Shown piece after piece: positions 1 through 8,325 of a DNA stretch of 64,000 nucleotides. The stretch is from a virus. The number at the start of each line of letters is the position of its first letter. Position 1 is the stretch's first letter. A program made the translations under genes and the position numbers. Below the pieces are notes generated by a model that saw only the letters and a list, made by a program, of their open reading frames with translations, was not told the DNA's origin and searched no databases. The DNA lies in the IMG/VR virus record IMGVR_UViG_3300020473_000016; one strand, written 5' to 3'.

Positions 1-254
1 AAACACAATGCACCTACCCAAAACACTCCAAGTGACCACAACTCAACAACCCTATGACCTACACTTATCCACAACCCTATTCCTATTAATACTATCCATA
101 ACCAATCTAATGTACTATGGATTTGTTGCCATCTACTACCAAAGTCTTTAATCAGTTCTTGTCTTATTTGTGCGAATAGAGGTGATACATGTCTCATCAT
201 AACAAATCCTTCATTTAGAACCATTATCACGTATCCTATTATGAATATTATCAT
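1..254 (-). CDS. hypothetical membrane protein, partial (runs off the window start)
   Basis: ATG at 254; open frame MIIFIIGYVIMVLNEGFVMMRHVSPLF...WLWIVLIGIGLW with hydrophobic segments; not in ORF track. Confidence 0.6.
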   Translation of the reverse strand, partial: MIIFIIGYVIMVLNEGFVMMRHVSPLFAQIRQELIKDFGSRWQQIHSTLDWLWIVLIGIGLWISVGHRVVELWSLGVFWVGALC

Positions 255-363
255 TGTGTAGTTTATCTCTCTTTCTTAAGGGTGTTTTGTAACCATATTT
301 CAGGTCATGTTTTAATCGTTGCAAGTATTTAAGATGATCTTTAATCTCTTTGCTTGATATCAT
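211..363 (-). CDS. small basic hypothetical protein (50 aa)
   Basis: hand-translated MISSKEIKDHLKYLQRLKHDLKYG...; overlaps both neighbours. Confidence 0.35.
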   Translation of the reverse strand: MISSKEIKDHLKYLQRLKHDLKYGYKTPLRKRDKLHNDNIHNRIRDNGSK

Positions 364-532
364 ATTCAATAACGATCTTCTTACTTATTCGTCCAGTTGA
401 ATTGCTTGTTTCTAGTCTAGTCATGTTACCATTTAATAATGCTGTTAATGTTAATAGTTCGGATATGATCTCACCTTCATCAGTGTTCATATCACAATGC
501 TTTAGGTCAGTTAAATTTGAGTAATTATGCAT
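341..532 (-). CDS. hypothetical protein
   Basis: 63-aa ORF in the tightly packed minus-strand run. Confidence 0.6.
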   Translation of the reverse strand: MHNYSNLTDLKHCDMNTDEGEIISELLTLTALLNGNMTRLETSNSTGRISKKIVIEYDIKQRD

Positions 533-565
533 AGTTAATATATGTGTTAAAATGGGGTTAATTCA

Positions 566-573
566 TATAAATA
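566..573 (+). promoter_or_regulatory. T4-type late promoter
   Basis: exact TATAAATA about 70 nt upstream of plus-strand ORF 644. Confidence 0.5.
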
Positions 574-597
574 ATTATGTATTCAATCGAGGGCAAT

Positions 598-611
598 GTA
601 ACCAAATCTAC
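598..611. promoter_or_regulatory. NtcA-like box
   Basis: GTA-accaaatc-TAC is an exact GTA-N8-TAC, directly followed by TACATT (TAN3T). Confidence 0.4.
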
Positions 612-643
612 TACATTATGAGTTCAATTCAAAGAGAGGTCTT

Positions 644-811
644 ATGCATAACATCGTATCGCAAAATCAACTAAGAGGATGGAATCATTCATTACATGCA
701 TCAAATACAAGAGATGACAATACCACGAGACTTAATGATTACTATGATTGTATGATAGCGAGCGAGCAAGACCATACGAGTAAACAAATCTGTAAGGACA
801 TACTTCAATGA
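644..811 (+). CDS. 55-aa protein with C-terminal Cys pair, isolated plus-strand gene
   Basis: GAGGT SD; MHNIVSQNQLRGWNHS...DYYDCMIASEQDHTSKQICKDILQ; followed by a terminator; below ORF-track cutoff. Confidence 0.65.
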   Translation: MHNIVSQNQLRGWNHSLHASNTRDDNTTRLNDYYDCMIASEQDHTSKQICKDILQ

Positions 812-832
812 ATCCAAATTAAATACTGTCAT

Positions 833-858
833 AAGCACCTCGTAAGGGGTGCTTTTTT
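833..858 (+). terminator. rho-independent terminator
   Basis: AAGCACCTC-GTAA-GGGGTGCTT followed by TTTT. Confidence 0.75.
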
Positions 859-864
859 ATTGTA

Positions 865-954
865 TCATACATGTGGATCATACTTTCTGATTATGTACAA
901 TGCAAGAGCAACACCGATTGATGTTGAACCAAGTATAATAATAACTAAAGGCAT
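865..954 (-). CDS. 29-aa single-pass membrane peptide
   Basis: MPLVIIILGSTSIGVALALYIIRKYDPHV; overlaps the stop of the upstream gene. Confidence 0.4.
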   Translation of the reverse strand: MPLVIIILGSTSIGVALALYIIRKYDPHV

Positions 955-1259
955 TTGTCACTCCTAATTTTTAATGAATAATGTTGGGGTTTAAGGTTAT
1001 ATTTTATTATGTGCTCACATGCATCATAATAATATCTGAACCATGCTACTGGCAATGGATCTTTCTTTCTTTTATCATCGAAACGTATCTTAAATGTGCT
1101 CCCATGTGGAAACAGTTCTAATTTACGTGATGCTGGACACTTAGGTGCATCAGGATGAGTACTAATCACATCAGGATTATAGGGATCATTTTCCCATTTC
1201 TTTCTGCGTGTAGTTAGTTTCTTTAGATTAGCATCCAAACTCTTTTGAGTGCGTGCCAT
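945..1259 (-). CDS. hypothetical protein
   Basis: 104-aa ORF, TAATG-coupled to upstream gene. Confidence 0.7.
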   Translation of the reverse strand: MARTQKSLDANLKKLTTRRKKWENDPYNPDVISTHPDAPKCPASRKLELFPHGSTFKIRFDDKRKKDPLPVAWFRYYYDACEHIIKYNLKPQHYSLKIRSDKCL

Positions 1260-1381
1260 TAAGTTTTCTGCTCCATGCGTAGAATGTTGATCTCTTCAAG
1301 TAGTCTCTCTGCTTCCTTGTCTTGACCTTTGTTCTTTGCGTTAATGTAGTCTAGTATTAAGTTTTTAAGATCTTCCCTCAT
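1259..1381 (-). CDS. small hypothetical protein
   Basis: 3' part of track ORF 1259..1525; start at MREDLK just after the stop of 1383..1622. Confidence 0.45.
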   Translation of the reverse strand: MREDLKNLILDYINAKNKGQDKEAERLLEEINILRMEQKT

Positions 1382-1382
1382 T

Positions 1383-1622
1383 TTATCGTTCAAGGGAATG
1401 GAATAATTCTTTGAGTTCATCCTCATTATAGAAGAATGTCTGCTCCTTATGTAGCATAGTTTCTTCCATCCATTCGTGGTATTCTTGACATAAACAGAGT
1501 GCATCGTCATGTCTTTCCTCCGCAAACAGCGTCAATAGACGACTTACGACACCCTCACATATCTCATCCCTGCGGTGAGATATGCGGAAACTTTCGTTGT
1601 CATCTAGGTCAAATGAGTTCAT
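1383..1622 (-). CDS. hypothetical protein
   Basis: 79-aa acidic ORF, ATGA overlap. Confidence 0.7.
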   Translation of the reverse strand: MNSFDLDDNESFRISHRRDEICEGVVSRLLTLFAEERHDDALCLCQEYHEWMEETMLHKEQTFFYNEDELKELFHSLER

Positions 1623-1870
1623 TTTGCTCTCAACTGGAATACATTATTTAGATGATCGTAGGATACGAACTCTACATCTTTAGGTAACGCTTTCACTGCG
1701 GATGCTGCAAAATCGTTGGGATACCTAGAGAATAGTCTCCAGTACTTCTTAACACCTTCATCATCCAATCCTGCTTTTGGTACTGGACGGACTACTGCAT
1801 CACCATCTGCGTAGTCAAAGCGGAAATCTATGAACTCCGAGATGTATTCGTGGAATAGATTTTTAGACAT
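1619..1870 (-). CDS. hypothetical protein
   Basis: 83-aa ORF downstream of CTAAATA. Confidence 0.7.
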   Translation of the reverse strand: MSKNLFHEYISEFIDFRFDYADGDAVVRPVPKAGLDDEGVKKYWRLFSRYPNDFAASAVKALPKDVEFVSYDHLNNVFQLRAK

Positions 1871-1902
1871 GAATAAAAGAGGTTACATTTAATAGTTTAG
1901 CG

Positions 1903-1909
1903 TATTTAG
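1903..1909 (-). promoter_or_regulatory. late promoter CTAAATA
   Basis: cyanophage late-promoter variant in an intergenic gap. Confidence 0.5.
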
Positions 1910-1918
1910 ATATGATTG

Positions 1919-2368
1919 TCAACCATGTGGATACATGTATAAGTATCCACCTGCCCAGTCTGCACGACCAAGACACTCAGATCTTGATCTCTCATCTAAT
2001 AAATTATATCTTACATGCTGTGCTGGTTTTGCCCAACCTGCTGGTTTATATACGTCACCAGTCTTCTTATCTACAAATGCATTAACACTTCCATCACGAT
2101 ACTCATTTCTATCTCTGAATGTATCATACTCTTGTGATACAATCTTATAATACTTTCTACCATTATAGACCTTAAACTTCATAAGGTTAGCAGTGCCATT
2201 ATTGGTTGCTTCAATTTCATTTCTTGTGTACTCTGAAGCACTCTCAAGGTGCATACGCTCCATTGATCTTAGATGAGACTGTTTATAGTCTTCCTCTAAT
2301 GCTCTGCATAGTTCTTGTGTATATTGCTCTACCGCTTCTTGTGTCCTTGTTTTAACTGCGGATGGCAT
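1919..2368 (-). CDS. conserved T4-like phage hypothetical protein
   Basis: GRKYYKI...SVNAFVDKKTGDVYKPAGWAKPA motif typical of marine myoviruses; AGGAG SD. Confidence 0.8.
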   Translation of the reverse strand: MPSAVKTRTQEAVEQYTQELCRALEEDYKQSHLRSMERMHLESASEYTRNEIEATNNGTANLMKFKVYNGRKYYKIVSQEYDTFRDRNEYRDGSVNAFVDKKTGDVYKPAGWAKPAQHVRYNLLDERSRSECLGRADWAGGYLYMYPHG

Positions 2369-2449
2369 GTTTGAACTCCTTATGGTATAGTGAAAAAAGT
2401 GTGGACTTATAACAATAAGAGCGAATCATTGATGTACGCCACACTATGT

Positions 2450-2690
2450 AAAATGTTGAGAGAGTGGGGCATCAACATAGGTTTCACCTATATGCCCAAA
2501 TTTACCCTACGGGAATCGCTTACACCTGAACCCCCACCACTTGCACATCTTAGTAGGTCTAACAAGACGTAATTTCTCTGCTGAACAGAGACAACCATAG
2601 ATCTTTGCCCACACTATGCTCAACCATCTGTCTGTGCAGTAATAGGTGTCTACCAACGTCATGTGACTGCTTCTGCCTGAAACCATAATC
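2450..2690 (-). ncRNA. candidate structured RNA
   Basis: GC-richer non-coding stretch with hairpins at 2467-2497 and 2575-2591. Confidence 0.35.
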
Positions 2691-2698
2691 TCATAATT

Positions 2699-2717
2699 AA
2701 AAACCTAGTAAACTAGG
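2699..2717 (-). terminator. weak terminator-like hairpin
   Basis: CCTAG-TTTA-CTAGG followed by TTTTT. Confidence 0.35.
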
Positions 2718-2787
2718 GGGATTGAGTAACAGGTCGGTCAGTCTAGTTGGTAGGTTTGGGGCGTAGGAACCACATATCCCTCAACAT

Positions 2788-3207
2788 TTATATAATACCA
2801 TTTTTTTGATCCTCTGCATCATCCTTTGTGACACTTTGTAATCTGTCCTTACGAATAGGCACTTCTAACTCCCATGCACTATTCTTAATGGTAATCATCG
2901 TGAAATCACGTTTAAATCGCTTCTGTGCTTCCTCAAATGACTTTGCTGGTTCATTACCTGCAATCTCACCATAATGCGGATCCCAGATCTCAGGATGTTC
3001 GTGACAGTCAAAGAATTCTAATATAGAACTATCTACCATGTGATATAATGTATCCCATGTTAATGTAGTTCTTAATCTTTCAGCGATATAATCTATTTGA
3101 TTAGGTGTTATAGATGAGTCTTTCTCATCTTTAAATAGAAATTCACATCTTGTTTCAACCAATTCATTTAGATCAATGGTGATCTGTACATTATTATATA
3201 CTGCCAT
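2788..3207 (-). CDS. hypothetical protein (paralog of 3210..3473)
   Basis: 139 aa; GAGGA SD; N-terminus MAVYNNVQITIDLNELVETR. Confidence 0.75.
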   Translation of the reverse strand: MAVYNNVQITIDLNELVETRCEFLFKDEKDSSITPNQIDYIAERLRTTLTWDTLYHMVDSSILEFFDCHEHPEIWDPHYGEIAGNEPAKSFEEAQKRFKRDFTMITIKNSAWELEVPIRKDRLQSVTKDDAEDQKNGII

Positions 3208-3209
3208 GT

Positions 3210-3473
3210 TTAATCCTCAAGGTCAGGTAAATGTGGTTCAACCCAGTGTTCAGTATTATCAATACCTGCTGCTTTTACATAGTTCATAATATGTTCATCA
3301 ACTTGATGGAATATTGGATGTAAATCTAATTCCATATTAATATCATGTGCTATCTCAGCAACTTGTGCTTCAGTGAAGCAATGATCCTTATGTAATAGGT
3401 TACAAGTGGGTATTCTCTTTTCAATCAATTCATTTAGATTGATTCTAATTTCATAGTCTCTATATACTGGCAT
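3210..3473 (-). CDS. hypothetical protein (paralog of 2788..3207)
   Basis: start reassigned to MPVYRDYEIRINLNELIEKR (GAGGGA SD). Confidence 0.75.
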   Translation of the reverse strand: MPVYRDYEIRINLNELIEKRIPTCNLLHKDHCFTEAQVAEIAHDINMELDLHPIFHQVDEHIMNYVKAAGIDNTEHWVEPHLPDLED

Positions 3474-3636
3474 GATCCCTCTTATTGTGGTAAATGATCT
3501 TCTTACCATCAAACTCACTCTGAGTTGCATTTGGATTTGCATACCGAGTATATGTACCATCCTCAATGTCCTCACCTTTGTGAGTACCAACATTGATGGT
3601 CGTAATAGCACGATAAATCCAATCTAAAATGTTCAT
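3460..3636 (-). CDS. hypothetical protein
   Basis: GGAGGT SD before MNILDW. Confidence 0.6.
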   Translation of the reverse strand: MNILDWIYRAITTINVGTHKGEDIEDGTYTRYANPNATQSEFDGKKIIYHNKRDHASI

Positions 3637-3664
3637 GCTAACCTCCATGCACTATAAGTATCTA

Positions 3665-3847
3665 TCATACCAACCACCAGTCATACTTGTCAATACTTGT
3701 GTTACATGACTGACATGTTAGTGCTGACCATGCGAAATGGTACACATTAAAACATTCATTACATTTGGGGCATTGTATTCCTTTACCATGATTCCCAGAT
3801 CTAGTGAATCTATTAACTTTAATTTGATGACTATGCATGTTAAGCAC
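3665..3847 (-). CDS. small zinc-ribbon protein
   Basis: CPKC...CQSC pair. Confidence 0.6.
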   Translation of the reverse strand: MLNMHSHQIKVNRFTRSGNHGKGIQCPKCNECFNVYHFAWSALTCQSCNTSIDKYDWWLV

Positions 3848-4067
3848 CTTGTAATGATATGGAATTGTGATAGTTTTGCTTAGTATTTAAGCATGTCTTG
3901 TGAATGTTAAAGAGTAAGTCAAAGTTTACTCCTTCCCAGTCACACCACTCTGACACATAATCAGCGTTATCAAAATCGCCTGTGCCATCAGTATATTGTG
4001 GGCATGATCTAAATTCAAGATCATCATCAACCCAGAAGAGTCTGCCAAAGAATTCAGATGAATACAT
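3840..4067 (-). CDS. hypothetical protein
   Basis: start at MYSSEFFG after GAGGAGGT. Confidence 0.7.
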   Translation of the reverse strand: MYSSEFFGRLFWVDDDLEFRSCPQYTDGTGDFDNADYVSEWCDWEGVNFDLLFNIHKTCLNTKQNYHNSISLQGA

Positions 4068-4069
4068 GA

Positions 4070-4291
4070 TTAATTTACCTCCTCTTCTTGTATAATATCC
4101 CATACTTGAATATACTTTTCTAACCAATTCTTAGCATATTCTGTTAAACTATCTCTTAAATCACCATATAAAATGTCATCTGCTGACATAAATGGTAGTT
4201 CTTGTTGTTCACAGAAGTCACCTAATACATCAGATAAAAAATCTAATTTATCATGTGATAATCGTGTGTTGTAGTGTTTAACTTTAGACAT
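4070..4291 (-). CDS. hypothetical acidic protein
   Basis: 73-aa ORF, TAATG overlap. Confidence 0.7.
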   Translation of the reverse strand: MSKVKHYNTRLSHDKLDFLSDVLGDFCEQQELPFMSADDILYGDLRDSLTEYAKNWLEKYIQVWDIIQEEEVN

Positions 4292-4524
4292 TACTCAACC
4301 TCCTCAAAATAGATACCATGAATAGTATTGAACTCATCAATACTTAAATACTCATCATTATGATAATTTGCTATGTTCTCTCCAGTAAATATAAACTCTT
4401 CACAAAAATATTGTACACTTACACCCATATTATCAGCACAACCGATTAATTCATCAGTTTGTTCGTGATTACATCCTAAGTATTGGATGCAATATGCAAT
4501 GTCATTTGTGAAGTCCTTAAACAT
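4291..4524 (-). CDS. hypothetical acidic protein
   Basis: start at MFKDF after AAGGAGG. Confidence 0.7.
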   Translation of the reverse strand: MFKDFTNDIAYCIQYLGCNHEQTDELIGCADNMGVSVQYFCEEFIFTGENIANYHNDEYLSIDEFNTIHGIYFEEVE

Positions 4525-4621
4525 TGGTTTCCTCCTTAAGTTCTTTAATCTTTTGGACTCTCTCACTATGAGTTAGTTTAGTATTCCAAAGAATGACCTT
4601 GAGTTTATCATAATAAGTCAT
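4517..4621 (-). CDS. 34-aa hypothetical peptide
   Basis: MTYYDKLKVILWNTK...; GAGGAGG SD; ATGA overlap. Confidence 0.35.
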   Translation of the reverse strand: MTYYDKLKVILWNTKLTHSERVQKIKELKEETNV

Positions 4622-4755
4622 TTGTTTTCCTCCTCATAAGATGGTTGAGCAATGGTAACAACTATGTTGTCAGTATTATCAATGTATTGTAGTATTTCAG
4701 TGGGACATTGATTTAACCACTCGTGAAACTGTTCGTATTGAGATGGACTAATCAT
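4618..4755 (-). CDS. 45-aa hypothetical protein
   Basis: MISPSQYEQFHEWLNQCP...; TGATG overlap. Confidence 0.5.
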   Translation of the reverse strand: MISPSQYEQFHEWLNQCPTEILQYIDNTDNIVVTIAQPSYEEENK

Positions 4756-4958
4756 CAATATTCCTCCTGTGCCTGAAATGTTACATAATTATCTTGCTGT
4801 ACATGATAACCTACAACCTCAGCATTTCTATGATCTTCTTCATCATAGTAATGTAAATTACTGTTCAAATATGCCTGTATTTCTTCACATAAATGAACTG
4901 GATTTGGTTCGTCACCATCTTCAGCAACGATACGGAATGAATAAGTAACAAGTTTCAT
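4755..4958 (-). CDS. hypothetical acidic protein
   Basis: 67-aa ORF, TAATG overlap. Confidence 0.65.
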   Translation of the reverse strand: MKLVTYSFRIVAEDGDEPNPVHLCEEIQAYLNSNLHYYDEEDHRNAEVVGYHVQQDNYVTFQAQEEY

Positions 4959-5134
4959 TAGTTGTTCTCCAAGATGTGTAGGAATTCGTTGTATTCTTGA
5001 TCTGAATATGGTCTTCTATCTTCCTTTACAAAATCTTGCCAATCTGTTCCTTCTAACTTGTATGATAGTGTGCCATCATTATTATGATAGTATTCAATGA
5101 CTGCACCATCTACATTTGATATAAAACTATTCAT
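4958..5134 (-). CDS. 58-aa hypothetical protein
   Basis: MNSFISNVDGAVIEYYHNNDG...; coupled at both ends. Confidence 0.6.
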   Translation of the reverse strand: MNSFISNVDGAVIEYYHNNDGTLSYKLEGTDWQDFVKEDRRPYSDQEYNEFLHILENN

Positions 5135-5307
5135 TCTACTTCCTCCACTTCATAGACCTCATAGTCATCATCATCAAGTAATTCCCAATCGGTACTGTCA
5201 TTTAATGCGAGGAATTCTGCTTCCCCTTCATCTGCTGCTTCAACATAGGCAATATAGTTTGTTACTCTTGATGCAACCACTCTGTATTCTTTGAGTTTGG
5301 TAGTCAT
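5131..5307 (-). CDS. 58-aa acidic hypothetical protein
   Basis: AGGAG SD; MTTKLKEYRVVASRVTNYIAYVEAADE... Confidence 0.65.
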   Translation of the reverse strand: MTTKLKEYRVVASRVTNYIAYVEAADEGEAEFLALNDSTDWELLDDDDYEVYEVEEVE

Positions 5308-5338
5308 TGGAATTGCTCCTTTTGTTGAGTACTTTGTT

Positions 5339-5398
5339 ATTATAGGTCAAATTGGAATGAGATGGGAAATTAGTGGACACTAATTAAAGTGTCCACTA
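5339..5398 (-). promoter_or_regulatory. early-type promoter with upstream palindromic box
   Basis: TAGTGGACACT-N6-AGTGTCCACTA at 5371-5398, then TATAAT at 5339-5344. Confidence 0.6.
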
Positions 5399-5407
5399 TT
5401 ATTGACA

Positions 5408-5620
5408 TTAACCGTTGCTTCCTGAGAAGATGTAGTTATTTGAACCATCGGTATCAGTACCAATATACACATCAGTGTACTTAAAGAATCCCTCTAATAA
5501 TGATAACAGTTCGTTACCATTGTTACATTCGTTCTCTAATGCATCTAATACAAGTAAACGTGCATCTGATTCAACATCAGAGCGAGAGTGAAAAGTTGTT
5601 GATCCGAGTTGGAATGTCAT
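5408..5620 (-). CDS. hypothetical protein
   Basis: 70-aa ORF. Confidence 0.65.
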   Translation of the reverse strand: MTFQLGSTTFHSRSDVESDARLLVLDALENECNNGNELLSLLEGFFKYTDVYIGTDTDGSNNYIFSGSNG

Positions 5621-5641
5621 AGTAATTTGACTGAACTATAC

Positions 5642-6583
5642 TTAGTATAACGGAAGTTTGTTCGGAATGGTAGAAATACGGTCAGTTTGTAAACTGGCAT
5701 AGTCCTTGTTGAGTTCACATCCAATATATGATCTACTATACTTCTTAGCAACCATTGCTGTAGTTCCTGAACCCATAAATGGGTCTAATACTACGTCACC
5801 GACCTCTGATCCTGCTAGGATACAAGGTTCTATTAGTTCAGGTGGATAGACTGCAAAGTGAGCACCTTTATAAGGTTTACATGCTACTTTCCATACTGAT
5901 CTCTTATTCCTTTTATCATAGACCATCTTACGAGGTCTTGTAAGACCACTGAATTGATTGTTAGTGTCCTTAGTATTATCCATGTTGATAGGTTTGTTGC
6001 CACCCCAACGCTCACCTACTGCCTGTTCTTTAATTGCTTCGTGATCATAATAATAGTTTCTGTTCTTACTCAATAGAAAGATATACTCATGTGATTTAGT
6101 ACATCTATCCTTAACTGATTCAGGCATTGGATTTGGTTTATGCCATATAATATCTTGTCTAAGATACCAACCGTCTGCTCTCAGTGCAAATGCCAACATC
6201 CAAGGTATACCAATTAGATCCTTTTCTTTTAATCCTTCTAGTTTGTTACCTCGTCTTGCACATTTGTTAGGTAAATCTTGGTTAGTATTGCTAACAGTTT
6301 GTTTAACTAATCCCTGACCTTTACCAGGTCTATAGTTATAATAACTGTCACCAATGTTTAACCACAATGTACCATCATCAGTAAGTACATTTCTTACTTC
6401 TCTAAACACATCTACAAGGTTTTGAATATACTCTTCAGGTGTATCTTCAAGTCCTATTTGTTTACTTTCATCGCCATAATTGCGAAGTCCGTAATAAGGT
6501 GGGGATGTAATACATGTTCTTGCTTTACATTTAAACTGCTTAAGTGTGTCTTTACAATCACCATATAATATCAAATCTTTCAT
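5642..6583 (-). CDS. DNA methyltransferase, beta class (N4-C/N6-A)
   Basis: TSPPY catalytic motif N-terminal, DPFMGSGTT SAM-binding motif C-terminal. Confidence 0.92.
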   Translation of the reverse strand: MKDLILYGDCKDTLKQFKCKARTCITSPPYYGLRNYGDESKQIGLEDTPEEYIQNLVDVFREVRNVLTDDGTLWLNIGDSYYNYRPGKGQGLVKQTVSNTNQDLPNKCARRGNKLEGLKEKDLIGIPWMLAFALRADGWYLRQDIIWHKPNPMPESVKDRCTKSHEYIFLLSKNRNYYYDHEAIKEQAVGERWGGNKPINMDNTKDTNNQFSGLTRPRKMVYDKRNKRSVWKVACKPYKGAHFAVYPPELIEPCILAGSEVGDVVLDPFMGSGTTAMVAKKYSRSYIGCELNKDYASLQTDRISTIPNKLPLY

Positions 6584-7380
6584 GTTAAAAAGTTATTTAG
6601 TGGTTGAAATTTCTTGAGTCTATTGATACTTTTCTGGACATATTCTTCATGCAATTCTATACCTAAAAAATGACGATTGTAATCTTTACATGATATTGCA
6701 GTTGTTCCACTTCCCATGAATGGATCTAGAACTAAGTCATCAACAAAACTATAGTATTGAATGAGTTTGTCACTCAACTCTTTAGGGTATGGTGCAGGAT
6801 GATCAGAGTTTGTCTCTGGGTGTATATTCCACACGTTACTACGCTCGTATGCGTCGGTGACTTTTGACTTTTCAACTATTTCATTTTTTTGAGATTTTAG
6901 GATTTTATCAATTAAGAAATTTCCTGGTTTTTGGAAAATTAATATAACCTCAGAAACTATATTTGGTTTGTATGCTACTGGTTTACGGTGCTGATAGAAT
7001 CCACCATTGCGATTGATGGCAGCACCTTCAGGTTTAACCCATACTATGTCATCAATATACTTCCACCCCATCTGTTCCATGATGGAGAAGAAGTGGAATG
7101 GTATTGCGAGTCTCTTGCTCTCATGTGCTCGTGACTCTCTTGCTTGAATGACTGGTGATAGATTAACAGCACACATGCGTCCATCAGCAGTCACTCGATA
7201 TACTTCAGTGAATACATTGTGTAAGAACTCAAGGTACTCATCATAAGTTGGCCAAGTTGAGTATGCTCTTGCATTATAATATGGTGGCGAAGTACATGTT
7301 AAATGTACTATACCATCATCAACTTCCTTTAATACCTCTTGTGAATCACCAATTAATAATGTGTCTTCAAATATGCTCAT
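6580..7380 (-). CDS. DNA methyltransferase, beta class (N4-C/N6-A)
   Basis: TSPPY, HPAPYP, DPFMGSGTT. Confidence 0.92.
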   Translation of the reverse strand: MSIFEDTLLIGDSQEVLKEVDDGIVHLTCTSPPYYNARAYSTWPTYDEYLEFLHNVFTEVYRVTADGRMCAVNLSPVIQARESRAHESKRLAIPFHFFSIMEQMGWKYIDDIVWVKPEGAAINRNGGFYQHRKPVAYKPNIVSEVILIFQKPGNFLIDKILKSQKNEIVEKSKVTDAYERSNVWNIHPETNSDHPAPYPKELSDKLIQYYSFVDDLVLDPFMGSGTTAISCKDYNRHFLGIELHEEYVQKSINRLKKFQPLNNFLT

Positions 7381-7781
7381 ACCATTTTACGTGATGATGA
7401 CTTGTTACTGTGACAGTCACCATTTTCTAGTGACTTACGTCCATGACATAATTTACAGTATGTCTTGACGTTCTCTGGTATATTATTATAATGGTTTCCG
7501 TCCAAATGGTCAAGGTCTAATGAGTTTTCAAATCCAGTCCATTCATTTACAGGACACAACCATCCGAGATGACCATCGTGGTTCTCACAATATGTTTTCT
7601 TGTGTCTTGTCACACCAGCAACAGTTCTACCTTTCTTACGTGCAGTAGCACATGTAGAACATTCTGATTTGAATGACCAGTACTTCCACTCTCTTACTTG
7701 CACATTGTTACTACACCCATCATTAACACATGTTGGTAATGTATGTCCTTCAGCGAAGAACTTTTCTTTCATTGCATTCAT
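7377..7781 (-). CDS. HNH endonuclease with zinc-binding Cys clusters
   Basis: LDLDHLDGNHYNN...YCKLCH; N-terminal CVNDGC and CSTC. Confidence 0.8.
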   Translation of the reverse strand: MNAMKEKFFAEGHTLPTCVNDGCSNNVQVREWKYWSFKSECSTCATARKKGRTVAGVTRHKKTYCENHDGHLGWLCPVNEWTGFENSLDLDHLDGNHYNNIPENVKTYCKLCHGRKSLENGDCHSNKSSSRKMV

Positions 7782-8110
7782 TGGATGTCTTCGTAACGAC
7801 CCTCTTGTGATTTGTATGTACTTGTATTATCTTCCCTTCTATTCTTGATGTACTTTAATTCACTCCAATTTGATTCATAACATAATAATAATGTATGAAT
7901 AAATTTATGTCTTGGGTTTTTCTCAAACTCACAATATGGTTTGGGTTTAACACCTGTCTCTATAGTAATGTATCTTACTGGTGTAGGAAATCCCTTCTTT
8001 TTTTCTACTGGATCACCTACAAAATATACCCACCCTTCATCTCTCATTATACCTGTCCAAGATTCTCTCTCCCAGACGACGTAATCATCGACACGAGGCA
8101 TGTATGACAT
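7778..8110 (-). CDS. hypothetical protein
   Basis: 110-aa ORF, overlapping stop/start. Confidence 0.7.
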   Translation of the reverse strand: MSYMPRVDDYVVWERESWTGIMRDEGWVYFVGDPVEKKKGFPTPVRYITIETGVKPKPYCEFEKNPRHKFIHTLLLCYESNWSELKYIKNRREDNTSTYKSQEGRYEDIQ

Positions 8111-8325
8111 TACTCATCCACCTCTTCTACATCATAGTACTCAAATGGTTCACGATTTTGATTCTTTAATTGAGGCAACCTAAACATTTCTTTTAAATCT
8201 TTTAGATCAGCGATCTCTTTACGCAATGCATCAATCTGTGCTTGTAACAAAGAGAAGTTGTGATCGTTATTGTTTTGAGCAATAAGAAAATTCTTAAGAG
8301 TTGCTTTGTATTCTTCTTCAGTCAT
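8110..8325 (-). CDS. hypothetical coiled-coil protein
   Basis: 71 aa with heptad pattern. Confidence 0.65.
   Translation of the reverse strand: MTEEEYKATLKNFLIAQNNNDHNFSLLQAQIDALRKEIADLKDLKEMFRLPQLKNQNREPFEYYDVEEVDE

Noticed and set aside
65-73. Exact DnaA box TTATCCACA
   Set aside because: Single copy inside the coding frame of 1..254; chance is sufficient.
2390-2572. 60-aa plus-strand ORF
   Set aside because: No clear promoter or terminator, atypical composition, and it overlaps the hairpin-rich segment; more likely non-coding.
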